DNA from: Octopus sinensis
Lineage: Eukaryota
Reading direction: 5' to 3'
Assembly (NCBI RefSeq): GCF_006345805.1
Contig: NC_043000.1
Location: forward strand, 146,320,001 to 146,384,000
Length of the DNA: 64,000 nucleotides
Shown: positions 13,600 to 25,611 of the stretch, one piece after another
Layout of the letters: each line of letters starts with the position of its first letter
Numbering within the stretch: position 1 is the first letter of the stretch
Notes under the pieces: generated by a model
What the model was told of the DNA's origin: nothing
Seen by the model: only the letters and a program-made list of their open reading frames with translations
Databases searched by the model: none
Made by a program: the position numbers and the translations under genes

Positions 13600-13812
13600 C
13601 CTCGACTTTGACTCCGAGGTCGACTTTGCCTCCGAGGTCGACTTTGACCCCGAGGTCGACTTTGCCTCCGAGGTCGACTTTGCCGTTCATCCTTTCGGGG
13701 TCGATAAATTAAGTACCAGTTACGCACTGGGGGTTGATGTAATCGACTTAATCCGTTTGTCTGTCCTTGATTGTCCCCTCTGTGTTTAGCCCCTTGTGGG
13801 TAGTAAAGAAAT
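13600..13812 (+). mobile_element. 5'-truncated SINE family A starting with 18-bp tandem repeats
   Basis: CCGAGGTCGACTTTG(C/A)C(T/C/G) x4 at 13614-13685, followed by the normal body and tail. Confidence 0.9.
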
Positions 13813-14515
13813 ATATACATAGTCTGACCTGTATGTGTATGACATAAAACCAATATATACCATATCTTGTATTTTCTACTGAGTGTATATATGAAATGTT
13901 ATGTCGTGTGGCAAAGATGCAGAGTATATCCTTAGTTGAATTTAAGCAATGAGATAACAATAAGTAAACATGAATCTCCATGTCTCGTTTGTCATTATTG
14001 CTATTTTGTCTCCTCATTAATTAATAGATGGTAGCTAAACAGTTCTCTGATACTTTTTAGGAGACCTAGTACTGCAGGGGTTATCAGTTTAACAACTATT
14101 CAATTACAACTGAGAATTATAGATCCATGTCTTCAGTTATATTTGCTCCAACTTAGTTGAGAGTAATATTGTGTATTCCAAACGATTTTGTTCCCTATAC
14201 TAATACTATCTGGATTTTATTACAATATTAATCAAAGAACACTAACATTCTAGATAAGCATAAGCACATAGAACAATGGGAACCAATAGTATCACTTGCC
14301 TATTTAGCTCCTCCCACTGCTCGAACTTTTGTATCAAATAGTTACTATCGGAGATAAGTGCAAAAAAAAAACAGTAATGTTTGAGACTTGTCATGAATAG
14401 AAAAGCAGAAGAAAGCACTTTCAATGGGAAAGAAAAACATTGCTGGACCTTCGTGCAGTAAATCACAGCATGCTATATCGCACAACGTTGTCCTCTACAA
14501 GTTTTAGACATTATA

Positions 14516-14909
14516 TCTTTATATATAAAAGAGAAGTTGTGTGTCCGTCTCCTACGATTTAGATTCCTAACTACTCCCACATTTTGCGGTGCAGTTTAAC
14601 CAAAACCGGGTATTTTATAGTCGTGATTCATATCGAGCCCTTCTGGGTATTAGGGCGCGTCTACGATGAGTCTACGATTTAAAAAAAGTTACCATCATTT
14701 TTTTTCCCTTTTAATGCATTTTTCGCTATTATATAAGGGAAGTAACTCTTTAAAAATGTCTTCGATGAGTCAACGATTTAAAAAAAAATTACCATCATTT
14801 GTTTTCCATTTTTAATGCATTTTTTGCTATTTTTTGGCTATAACTCTCTAAAAATGCTTATATAGTTATTTCCCTTACAAACCCGAGCAACGCCGGGCGA
14901 TACTGCTAG
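14516..14909 (+). mobile_element. Non-autonomous Helitron (394 bp)
   Basis: Starts A|TC, has the subterminal hairpin CCCG-AGCAACGC-CGGG and ends CTAG|T. Internal duplication of about 90 bp. Confidence 0.88.
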
Positions 14910-15104
14910 TATCATATAAAATGGATATGTCCTTCTTAGCTACACTCTTATCTAAGTGTTTTTCAAACGGATAAATACAACTGCGCCTCCGCAGAATTAA
15001 TGAATATTCAATCCCCCATCTATATCTGTAAATTGGGAAAACAAGAGTTTGAATCCATATAATCCTTCTTTCTTCACCATAGTGCAAGACAAATTTTAAA
15101 AGTA

Positions 15105-15319
15105 CAGTTCTGTATTTAAGAGATGAGGAATTATGTACATTATTTACATTATTTATATTTGACGGATATTTGTCCTCATCTTGGTTGTTGTTAACACAAC
15201 GTTCCGGCTCATGAACCCTCCAGCCTTTATCAGGTGTCTTGGGGAAAGTTTGAACCTGGGTTTTCATTCCTGAGGTATTTTTTGATGTTGTTATTATTGT
15301 TATTATTAAGGTCACTGCC
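15105..15319 (-). mobile_element. Headless inverted copy of a hammerhead-bearing repeat
   Basis: Reverse complement of the body at 15394-15565. Contains GACAC CTGATAA AGGCT..AGCC GGAAC GTT GTGTT. Confidence 0.8.
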
Positions 15320-15329
15320 ATATGCCCTT

Positions 15330-15565
15330 GGGCATATTGTGTAATGGTTAAGAGTGCGAGCTACTAACCCCAAGATACCGAGATCGATTCCAGGCAGTGA
15401 CCTTAATAATAATAATAATGATAACAAAAACATCAAAAATACCTTAGGAATGAGAACCCAAGTTCAAAATTTCGCCAAGACACCTGATGAAGGCTGGAGG
15501 CTATATCAGCCGAAACTTTTGTTAACAACAAACAGGATGAAGGCAAGATAAATGTAAATAATGAA
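15330..15565 (+). mobile_element. tRNA-headed SINE-like element with an (AAT)n linker and a Penelope-pLTR-like body
   Basis: A-box-like TGTGTAATGG and B-box-like GATCGATTC, then GGCAGTGACC(AAT)n and a body carrying a hammerhead core. Confidence 0.72.
15479..15523 (+). ncRNA. Minimal type I hammerhead ribozyme motif (partly decayed)
   Basis: GACAC-CTGATGA-A-GGCTG(loop)CAGCC-GAAAC. The sister copy supplies the palindromic ACGT helix III, a GTT cleavage triplet and GTGTT pairing with GACAC. Confidence 0.7.
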
Positions 15566-16073
15566 GTTTTGAAAGATTAAAACAATTTTAAATTTATTAG
15601 ACTTGACATTTGTCTGCTTATATTTCAATCCATACTGCCTGCCACTCCTATAAGCAACAATGATTTGACCGACTACCGACAAATCATAGAAATCTTTAGG
15701 ATTGCCGAGGCGTTTCATAATTTCTTTTTTTATTTTGATGCTTAAATTTGTATATTTTCGAAACCTAAAATCTTGACAGTGAGTTAGATAACAAGTTGTG
15801 ATTATTGATAAAACTGAAATTTAGTTAATTTATCGTGTTAGTAACAATATAATAAATTCTAGTTTTCTCTGGCAGCTAGGTGATACATCAGTCAATTGTA
15901 CTTTTCAAACAGTAGCTACGATAGATTCATATTAGCTGTAAGTAACACAAACCAAGGCTGGCGTAGGCCCCAACGAAATATTTTTGAGGAAGCTTCCGGA
16001 TCTGGGAATGACACGGATGCCTCTTCTCTATGCAAGGGAATAAAAGGCAAACTCTTGCAGAGTCAGCTTATAT

Positions 16074-16305
16074 CTATTTCTTTACTACCCACAAGGGGCT
16101 AAACACAGAGGGGACAAACAAGAACAGACAAACTGATTAAGTCGATTACATCGACCCCAGTGCGTAACTGGTACTTAATTTATCGACCCCGAAAGGATGA
16201 AAGGCAAAGTCGACCTCGGCGGAATTTGAACTCAGAACGAAGTGGCGGACGAAATACCGCAAAACATTTCGCCCGGCGTGCTAACGTTTCTGCCAGCTCG
16301 CCGCC
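16074..16305 (-). mobile_element. SINE family A, full length
   Basis: Intact head, body and GGGTAGTAAAGAAATAG tail. Confidence 0.92.
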
Positions 16306-16306
16306 T

Positions 16307-18030
16307 TCAGAGACAACTTATATCGAACGCCTGTTCATTTGCATTTAGTGTAGTAGATATGATTATGACTTCCAAGCTAATTCTTGAGAAATATAATAAG
16401 GTTACCTGTTGAATGAAATTAGATAAATATGAAAGACTTGTCAATAGTGAATTGTATTTTTTCACACCATTGTCTATATTTCCACCAGTAAACACAGAAG
16501 CAATTTGATTACTTGTACGGAACATTGTACAACCTGAAGTGACGTCTTAGTTTCACATGTAAATCATATTGACAAGGAACTATTTAATATCTTTCTTAAA
16601 ACTCTAACAAACATATTTTATGTCGTTCAACATATGGGCTTTAGAAAATAATAATTACTTCTGACCTTTCATTAATGAAACTGAAGCGGTTTTCCCAGAT
16701 CAAAAATGTGTTTCTCTAGGAAATGAAATTATCAAGGAACGAGTGTCTTTATAAAATAAAATGATAAAGTAATGTGAATTTTCGATAAATAGTGACCAAT
16801 ATAGCACTGAATAGATACGAAGCACCGTCATGAAAGCATGTTGAATTGTGCAAAGGGAAGAACTATACGTGACATTAGTGCTCATAGCATACAATTAATC
16901 TCTTATTTAATCGAGTTTATATGCTGCTGGGCCATTAATAATAATGAATTGAATAATTATGGAAAGAGCTGTTTATCCTTCGCAATACACAATGAAAGGC
17001 CATGAACAATTATTTAAATATATTAGCTCCGTATTATTAAACAATATACGAAACGTTCCTTTATATTAAACAATTTATGACCCGTTCACTCTGCCCAAGA
17101 ACACATTGTTTTTCTTAAAGAAAACAGTCGCTCTCTTTTGGCAAAGGAAACCATTTTTACTTTTTATTCTTTTTGAAACGGAATTTATGAAATTACTTTT
17201 TGAAGCATACATGGAAATAATGGTTACAAGAAGAATAATGTTATAGATCTTTCAGTTTTTCCTTGCGTTTCATATCTATGCATTAAGAGGGAGTGATAAT
17301 GGCGCTTATAGCTGGTACATGATAGTGGATAATACGAATTATCAATAAGATATTTTTCTGAAATATTCTTCACATAAGCGAACTATTCAGAGTATCAAAC
17401 TTGGCCCAAAACTACATTTTTAAATGTTTTATTTTCTATAGAAACGTCTCATATTTTTTTCTCCGAGATATGAAAATGTAAAGCGGACTGATAATTTCAG
17501 CTTGAAATTTGCTACATCAGCTACATATTCTTCTATAGACATTTCCTATGAAGCAACATTCGTGTCAGTAAAACCCTATCTTGTAATGGAATGACAATGA
17601 AAAGCTTTCAGTTTTCTGGATCAATTTGACATATATGATTACATTCCCATTACTTCTAGATAGCTGTTATAAGTATACTCAAGTGGAATTTCAACTGCTA
17701 TATCCTGCGACATCATTAATTTTCTCGTACATCGTGTTTGATTGTGATTTATCATATCAATGTAATTTCTGTTTTCAAAGACATTTTCTTTCGCCTTCCA
17801 GCTATTTAACACTCAATATTCTTTTCGTATATTCAGTTAACCGAAAGCAATTTTATCTTTTATATCTTTTTTTAGTTATTGTAGCTGTAGAAACGCATCA
17901 CAATAAGGTCTTTCTTCAGATTCAGCTCCTAAGAAAAAATTTTTTTCTAACTCGGAAGTAGTTGTCAGAGTTCAAATTCGTTTACGAATTGTAATTTCCA
18001 GGAAACCACTGTCTGCTCGGAGAAAGAAAA
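16307..18030 (-). pseudogene. Possible decayed long ORF, E/K-rich and helical; weak recalled resemblance to the C-terminal region of very large inducible GTPase (GVIN/VLIG-like) proteins
   Basis: Protein-like stretches on the minus strand (IASVFTGGNIDNGVKKYNSLL.., CFHDGASYLF.., SWKAKENVFENRNYIDMI..) separated by stops. No GTPase motif seen. Confidence 0.28.
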
Positions 18031-18989
18031 TTACCGGCTGCAAAAGAAATTTTACAGAAACTTTCTATTCGCCGATGCGGATGTCTGGCCTATTTCTGTA
18101 TATTTATTACAGCTGTTTAGTTACCATGGACATTCTGGGAAATTATCAGATTATTTTCTAATTTTTAGGACATAGAAAATAGGAGTTAATGGGGAAAACT
18201 GAAGAAGAAATAGAAACACAAAACAAATTGGCTTAACAAAACGATTGATAATTTTTGGCGGATTGATAAGCTTAGTGGACGAATTGGTATCTAGAGTTTC
18301 TATAAAATGCTACACATGAATGATTGTATTCATACTATGTTATTAATACACTGAAATATTTTTCTTTTATCGTAATCAACTCTTTTCCGAAATTGTGTTA
18401 GTAGAAAAAGTTTTCCTACAGAGATAGGAGAATAAATGTAACCAGAAAGGATATAGTGAAAGAGATCGAGATAAAATGAGATATAACTGAGAATGAGTAA
18501 GAGTAAAAGATTTAATAAACAATTGATAACTAATGAGATAGCTGATAGCAATTTATAGTCTGTAACATATAAATAACATCTTTAAAGATGAAATAAAACG
18601 AAAGTAAGCTGCATAATTCTACACCACATATATTCACCTTCATGGCCTAAGGAAGTGGTGAGATTTCTACAAAGAAACTCATGTGTAAAATATTTTATTC
18701 CATCTTCTTAAGAAACGTAGAAACATATTACTGCTAGCGAGTTAACAGATGGGAAATGAAACCAACATAATCAAACAGTGAGCATTAACACGATTTCTAT
18801 TTGTTACAGGGTCATATTTTGTGAAACAAAACTCAGGAAATTCATATTAAATTGATACTTTCATTTTTAATTGAATTATTACAGGATAGTAATAATCGGT
18901 AAAGTGACAGAAAAATACAAAGCGCTCATTGTTCTGATTTTTACATTCTTAACTCAATTTTACCTTTCATCTCCCTAGGTTGCCAGAAG

Positions 18990-19220
18990 AAATTACTTGA
19001 TAAATACTGGGGACCAATTAATCAAATAACACGTTCTCTTAAAACTGCTGGCGTTGTGCCAAAACTAGAAAGGAATTACTATCAAGGCTGTGAACTGGCT
19101 GAATCGTTAGAGCATAAGAGAAAAAGGAAGAATATTCTTCTTGTTCTTTATGTTCTGAGTTCACATCCCACCGAAGTCAACTTGTCCATCAATTATGGGC
19201 CGATAAAATACATAACTAGT
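18990..19220 (+). mobile_element. Old decayed SINE family A fragments
   Basis: GAACTGGCTGAATCGTTAG..GTTCTGAGTTCACATCCCACCGAAGTCAAC aligns to the family A head and body. Confidence 0.7.
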
Positions 19221-19373
19221 CATGCACTGAAGTCAGTGGCATCAACTACTACCTCTCTCTTCAAAAGCGATAGCTTGTTCCTAAATCAGAAACTGTAAGG
19301 TAGCGAGGTGTCAGAATCTTTAAATATCGGGAAATACCTTGCGATACTTGTTCTGGTATTTGCATTCTGTTGT

Positions 19374-19757
19374 GGAGGCGCAATGGCCCAGTGGTTAGGG
19401 CAGCGGACTCGCGATCATAAGATCGCGGTTTCGATTCCCAGACCGGGCGTTGTGAGTGTTTATTGAGCGAAAACACCTAAAAGCTCTACGAGGCTCTGGC
19501 AGGGGATGGTGGTGATCCCTGCTGTACTCTTTCACCACAACTTTCTCTCACTCTTACTTCCTGTTTCTGTTGTACCTGTATTTCAAAGGGCGGGCCTTGT
19601 CACTCTCTGTGTCACGCTGAATATCCCCGAGAACTACGTTAAGGGTACTCGTGTCTGTGGAGTGCTCAGCCACTTACACGTTAATCTCACGAGCAGGCTG
19701 TTCCGTTGATTCGGATCAACCGGAACCCTCATCGTCGTAACCGACGGAGTGCTTCCA
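19374..19757 (+). mobile_element. SINE family C, full length with TSD
   Basis: Head GGAGGCGCAATGGCCCAGTGG..GTTTCGATTCCC. CATTCTGTTG occurs on both flanks. Confidence 0.93.
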
Positions 19758-21094
19758 TTCCTCATTCTGTTGCCCAATCACACTGAGGTTAATACTGCCG
19801 TTCTTCACTCCCGCTGTCGATGAAATAAATTACTCTCTAAGTTGTTTTATCGATGATATCGACTTATTTCTTACCATCTAAATTCTTGGTCTTGTGCCTA
19901 AAATAAGAAATAATATTACTACTGTTGTTTTTTGTTGCTTTATTCTTTCAGGTGAGACTTCTTGCGAGATTGCTTAATGTTTTAAAATGTAACTGAATTT
20001 TTATTTTGATTTCATTTTACGCTGGTACTGATAGCGAACATTTTGAAAGGGTTATGCAACTAGGTCGTGTTTTTGAAAAATAATTCTATTTTTTATTTTA
20101 CCATAAAACTTCAAATCAATATTGGTTTCCTGTTATACGGAAATTGTTTGCAGAAGAAATTACATTGAACACAGTTAAATAGATACTAAACGGAAAAAGG
20201 AATATAAAACAAATATCAAAGCGCGCTCAAATTACAAAAAATAGGGTAAAATAACATTCTAGAAAAAATCGTACTAATACAAAGTGTTTAACAGAAACAA
20301 AGACAGTATACATACACAATCTTTTACAGAGGTGTGCGAAAGGAGGCGACTATCATAGTTTTGCTTTGCCAAGACCCAAGAATCTTTCCTTGTCACATCC
20401 AAGGAACAATCATAAAGCTATTTTTCTGACACGTTAAGTTAAATGGAGAGAGGGAACGTATGTGGCACCACTGCATGATTTCCGAAATAGAGGACGGAGA
20501 GAAAGCGCAAGCTTAAATATTAAGAGACGTATATCCTTAAAAATTCGTCCCACAATATTTCAAAAGAAGAAACACAACGCTCGCCACCAGAAGCATATTT
20601 GACGACAAAGCCCTCCGGCTCTAAGTCACTTTCGGACAGAAAATTGGTAAGTGGTGTTTCGGTGGTATGTAATTAAGAGGAGCATGAACATACAATCTTC
20701 ATATCCTCGAATTACAGGGAAAAATCTCATAGCTGAACCCTATACAGGGTAGTGAGAGGAACCTCAAAAGCAGAAACCCTGCTGGTACATATATATAGCA
20801 ATAAGCCTTTACCAACCGCTAAATTTGCTAATCTGGTGCCAAAATTGGAAACAAATGTTAGTCAGCTGAGGGAATCATTTGCACCTTGTACTAAATGCTT
20901 CACGACAACATTCTAGTTCCATACGTTCTGAGTTCATATACCTCCAGATCAACTTTGCATTTCCTCCTTTCTGGGTCGATAAAATGGAGTATCAGTCGAG
21001 TACTGACGCCGATGTAATCAACTTTTCCCCACTCTTCTGATGACACTGTACAAAAATTGTTGTTATTGTTGTTGTTGCTGTTGTTGTTGTTATT

Positions 21095-22061
21095 GTCTTT
21101 GCACAGCTTCTAACGGCGGAGATGTACTACAGTGTCAGCTGTTCGCTACCAGTGAACTAAGGTAACGCCTACTTTTCGAGCACCTTCCAGAGTATTCCAG
21201 CGGTCCCAAGTAGTGCTGTTTTCTGCAAGTGCGCCACCCTTATTGCAGCCCCTATTTGTTCCACGTACTTCTCGAGATTTCTGCTCACTTTTACCAGGGC
21301 CCCGACAATTATTGGTACTACTGCTACCTTTTTCATCGACCACAACTGCTAAACTTCCCAAGCTAACCTCTCATATCTCCCGACTTTTATTTCTTCCTTA
21401 TGGCATACTTTGTTGTCAGCTGGGCATGCTATGTCTATGATCCAGCATAGTTTGTTTTCCTTCACAAGATTATGTCTTGAGTTTGTTTTCTTTCTCAATA
21501 CTTTCCTGTGCTATGAGATTACTCTTATTTGTAAGAACTGTATTTTCATTGTTATCTCTGCTGCTATTTTCCGTGACCCGTCTTTTGATAGCTTCGAGCC
21601 CTACTTCTGTGAACCAACAAATTTTCCTTATTGCTCTTGCTTGATCGCATACTCTCTGTGCCGTGAGTTGAAACAACCACTTTTCTCTCCAATGATCATA
21701 CATACGTTTTCGGTAACCCCTAATTTCAGCACAATTTTCATCTACCGGGTTGCTCAGGTTATAACACTCCATGACCACAGCATTAATGTGCTTGCTCCAT
21801 CTACGCCGTGTGCGGTGGTCCCTTTCCGGATGTCGACAGACTGGAGCCAGACCAGAATCTTTGAGCCTACCGGATGTAACACTGCCACCATCATTGGCTT
21901 CAGTTCCATTAACACCGTTATTCACAATATTTTGTTTTTTCATTGTCACTCATATGAGTTAGCGATTATCAGGTTGCGCAATTACCAGTGTTTTTATTGT
22001 GACACCATCACTAGATGTATCATTAATCAGCTAATGAGGAGGAGGCTCCACACGTAACCTT
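21095..22061 (-). mobile_element. Internally deleted R4/Dong-like non-LTR retrotransposon (5' UTR and N-terminal ORF fused to the REL endonuclease and 3' end; RT absent)
   Basis: N-terminus RRRWSKHINAVVMECY..GYRKRMYDHW..QRVCDQARAIRK (ORF 21470-21949). REL domain CWIIDIACPAD..VVPIIVGAL..LQKTALLGTAGILWKVLEK-stop. Flanked by (AAT)n/(AAC)n. Confidence 0.85.
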
Positions 22062-22063
22062 TA

Positions 22064-22100
<37 letters not shown>

Positions 22101-22143
22101 ATTATTATTATTATTATTATTATCATTATTATTATTATTATTA

Positions 22144-22195
<52 letters not shown>

Positions 22196-22215
22196 CATCA
22201 TCATCATCATCACTG
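22062..22215. repeat. (ATT)n/(ATC)n microsatellite
   Basis: Directly visible; source of the poly-Ile/Asn ORF. Confidence 0.95.
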
Positions 22216-22686
22216 ATATCACTGATATTATTGTCTTTATGAGTAATCGCAGTAGTGTTTGCAGCAACAGCAACTGTAACGTGGGTGGGAGTAGTGGTAA
22301 AGGTGTTAGTTGGGACTCAGATTTCTGTGCTATCATAGCAGTAGTAGTTTTAGTGTTAATGTAGCGTTAGTAGTATTAAGTATTAGCAACAGCAGCATAT
22401 CATTATTATTATTCTTAATTTTATCATTATCGCCATCACCACCACCACCATTGTTTTATGGAAACGTTGGGTAGCTTTTGGTTAAGAGGTCATATACTAC
22501 AGGTCTATAAATAGACTGGCAGATGGTCGGGAGGTCAGCCATAGAAACAAAGGACTCTTCGCACCCTTTAGGTCAGGAGAGGTCAAATGTGTTTGCTATT
22601 ACAAGTGGATAATGGGAGCGCTGCTTTGAAAAGAAGCAATTCAACTTGTTCTATTTGTAATTACTGGTAGAAAAATATTATTATTG

Positions 22687-23193
22687 ATTGAGAGAGCAGT
22701 GCATGCCATCAAAGTGACACTGGGGAAAAAAGCCCAGTATACCCTTAATGACTACCCGTTTGATAAGGGTACACTAGGCACATGCATCACAACCATATGT
22801 GCGCGACATGGTGATCTCATATCGAGATAAACAGCGCATGACCTTGCAGGTGGAGCCCAGTTAGAATTTTTATTTGCTCGAGTAACCCATCCTGCTCAAA
22901 AGGTCCCTGAATAAGAATTGTTTAAGGATGTTGAACGAAACACCCATATTTCCAGAGGTGAAATATTCAAACCCCAAAGAATCCCTCTCAACACATGGCT
23001 ATGATGCTCACTCACTACTTTTTCTCGTGATCAGAGATTCACATATCGTCAGCCACTAAAATACATGGTCAACTGGTTCAGGTAAAACAACTGACAAGCA
23101 AATCTGTGGTATTGAGCAGAATATTTGGTGTAGCCCATCTTTTATATCAAGAGCAAATATTTTGCTCAGTACCACAGATTATTATTATTGTTG

Positions 23194-23259
<66 letters not shown>

Positions 23260-23890
23260 TTATTGAGTGGGAGAGCAGTGCGTGCCATCAAAGTAACACA
23301 GGAGTAAAAGCCCAGTATACCCATCATGACTACTCGTCTGATAAGGGTGCACCAGGCACATGCATCACAACCATATGTGCGCGACATGGTGATCTCATAT
23401 CAAGATAAACAGCACATGACCTTACAGGTGGGGCCTAGTTAGAATTTTCTTCTTGTCGAGTAATCCATCCCGCTCAAAAGGTCTCTGAATAAGGGATGTT
23501 TAAGGATGTTGAACGAAACATCCATGTTTCCAGAGGTGAAATATTCAAACCCCCAAAGAATCCCTCTCAACACATGAGTATGATGCTTACCCACTACTTC
23601 AGCTCGTGATCAGAGATGCACATATCATCAGCCACTGAGGGACATGGTCACCCGGTTAAGGTCAAACAACTGACAAGCAAATCTGTGGTATTGAGCAGAC
23701 TATTTGCTGTAGCCCATCTTTTATCTCAAGACAAAACAATGCACATGATAACACTTCAAATCAGTTAAGATCAGAAGCCATGAGAGCCACTGCCTGGTTC
23801 TGCATCAGGGCATGGCAGAATATTTGCTGTAGCCCATCTTTTATACCAAGACAAAACAATGCACATGATAACACCTCCAATCAGTTAAAA
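22687..23890 (-). mobile_element. Two tandem copies of an unclassified (AAT)n-tailed interspersed repeat
   Basis: 22687-23150 and 23265-23890 are homologous (GAGAGCAGTGC.TGCCATCAAAGT..CAGAATATTTG). A third copy lies in the opposite orientation at about 60870-61160. Confidence 0.8.
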
Positions 23891-24929
23891 TCGGACAGTT
23901 AAAATGCCAAAGTTGACTACAGAGCTCGCAAATGAACCCTTCACCTTTGTTTCTGTTAAAACTGGGGATTATTTTAATTGCCACCGAGTTACGTATTGAG
24001 ATCAAGGCCAGAAAAGGCAATTTTCTTTTATATTCCTCCATTCTCAAGAAAACATGTATCTATGCCGTTCTAGGCATGAACCCTTCCAAAAACACTCACT
24101 AATTTTTTGCCCGAAATCAATATTAGTCAGTCAGTCAGTCAGTAGTAGTAGTTATAGAAGTAGTAGAGATGGTGGTGGGGGTACCGGTGGTGGTGCTACT
24201 GCTGCTTGTGTTGTGCTGGTGGTGCATTTGGTGGTTTTGATGTTGTATTTGCATTAGTATTAGATCATTGGCTCCATATTAGAAAACGAAAATGATGCAT
24301 ATTTCCCTGAGGTATAAAAATTTCAAACAGTACTTTTTAGAAGGTTCAGCAAATGCAGATTTTGCATGGTGTTAATGCATGCTTTAATTTTTTTTTTTAT
24401 TTTAAGCTGCAATGGATAATTGTTACGAACTGATTATAGAGCGCCTGAGAGATGTGAGATAATATCCGAGAAATTAACATTTTAAAAAATATTTCTTTGG
24501 GTTACTGTGACCTCTAAGTATAGCAATCTCGGTTATAAACATTTATTTGTTTCTCTTTCGCCATCCGCCATATTAGGTCCTTTGCATTCGATTATTTGGT
24601 CCCACTTGATGATAAAATCCGATAAAATTGTTGCTTTGTTGTTTTACAACCCTTTCATGCTGGATTACTTCGCAGAATTTTGAACTTCATATTTTCGTCA
24701 AACATTTCAATGGTGTTTGATTAAAACTGTATTATGGCAGCATTTTTGCAGCCACAAACCATATAGGTTACAGTTTTCCTTGGCAGGTTGAAATTGGTAA
24801 GAGTTTCTGAAGTGTTAAATGTCTTAAATCTACGACTCTATATGGTTTGTTTGTTCTTCGGAATCAACCAGGATAAGAGTTTCTTTTCTGGTAAAAGACA
24901 GAAGCGTGTCCTCATACACTCCATTGGGA

Positions 24930-25372
24930 GTTCCTTTGTATCTCAACATGTTACTATTTTATCATTACCAGCGTCGCCTTACTGGCACTAGTGCCCGTGC
25001 TAGTAGGGTGCCAAGAGCACCATCCGAGCGTGATCGTTGCCAGAGCAGCTTCCATGCCAGTGGCACGTAAAAGGGCACCATTCGAGCGTGATCGTTACCA
25101 ACGTCGCCTTACTGGGACCTGTGCCGGTAGCATGTGTAAACAGATTCGAACGAGGTCATTGTCAGTACCGCCTGACTGGCCCCCGTGCCAGTGGCACGTA
25201 AAAATCACCCACTACATCTCGGTTGACGTCAGGAAGGGCGTCCAGCTGTAGAAACTCTGCCAGATCAAAATTGGAGCCTGGTGAAGCCATCTGGTTCGCC
25301 AGCCCTCAGTCAAAATCGTCTAACCCATGCTTGCATGGAAAGCGGATGTTAAACGATGATGATGATGTTGAT
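24930..25372 (+). mobile_element. RTE-related non-autonomous repeat with internal duplications and a (GAT)n tail
   Basis: Repeated GAGCGTGATCGTT and GTGGCACGTAAAA modules, then AGGAAGGGCGTCCAGCTGTAG and a GTTAAACGATGATGATGATG end. The RTE link is from recalled similarity. Confidence 0.6.
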
Positions 25373-25611
25373 GATATGACAGTGTGCTTCGATGTTTCAC
25401 GACAATCTCTTTCAATGTTCATTTTTTAACAATTTTCTTCATTACATTATCGTCATATTCAAATTATCCACTATTATATTTTCTATGGCTTAAGTACATC
25501 TCACTTTGAATTTTGGTATAAGTCTTTAGAATAATTATTCAGGCATGATCAATAAGAAGTTTGTGAATCAGTATTTTATAAACATGATGCAGTCTAGTTT
25601 TATGACCATTA

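Noticed and set aside
18979-19298. Apparent exon GCQKKLLDKYWGPINQITRSLKTAG.. after a TAG acceptor, superficially like an ionotropic receptor S2 segment
   Set aside because: The nucleotide sequence aligns to decayed SINE family A tail and head pieces.
19374-19445. tRNA gene candidates (here and at other SINE heads)
   Set aside because: A/B boxes are present but each continues into a SINE body with a TSD; no convincing cloverleaf.
21410-22057. 215-aa plus-strand ORF
   Set aside because: Antisense shadow of the R4-like ORF on the minus strand.
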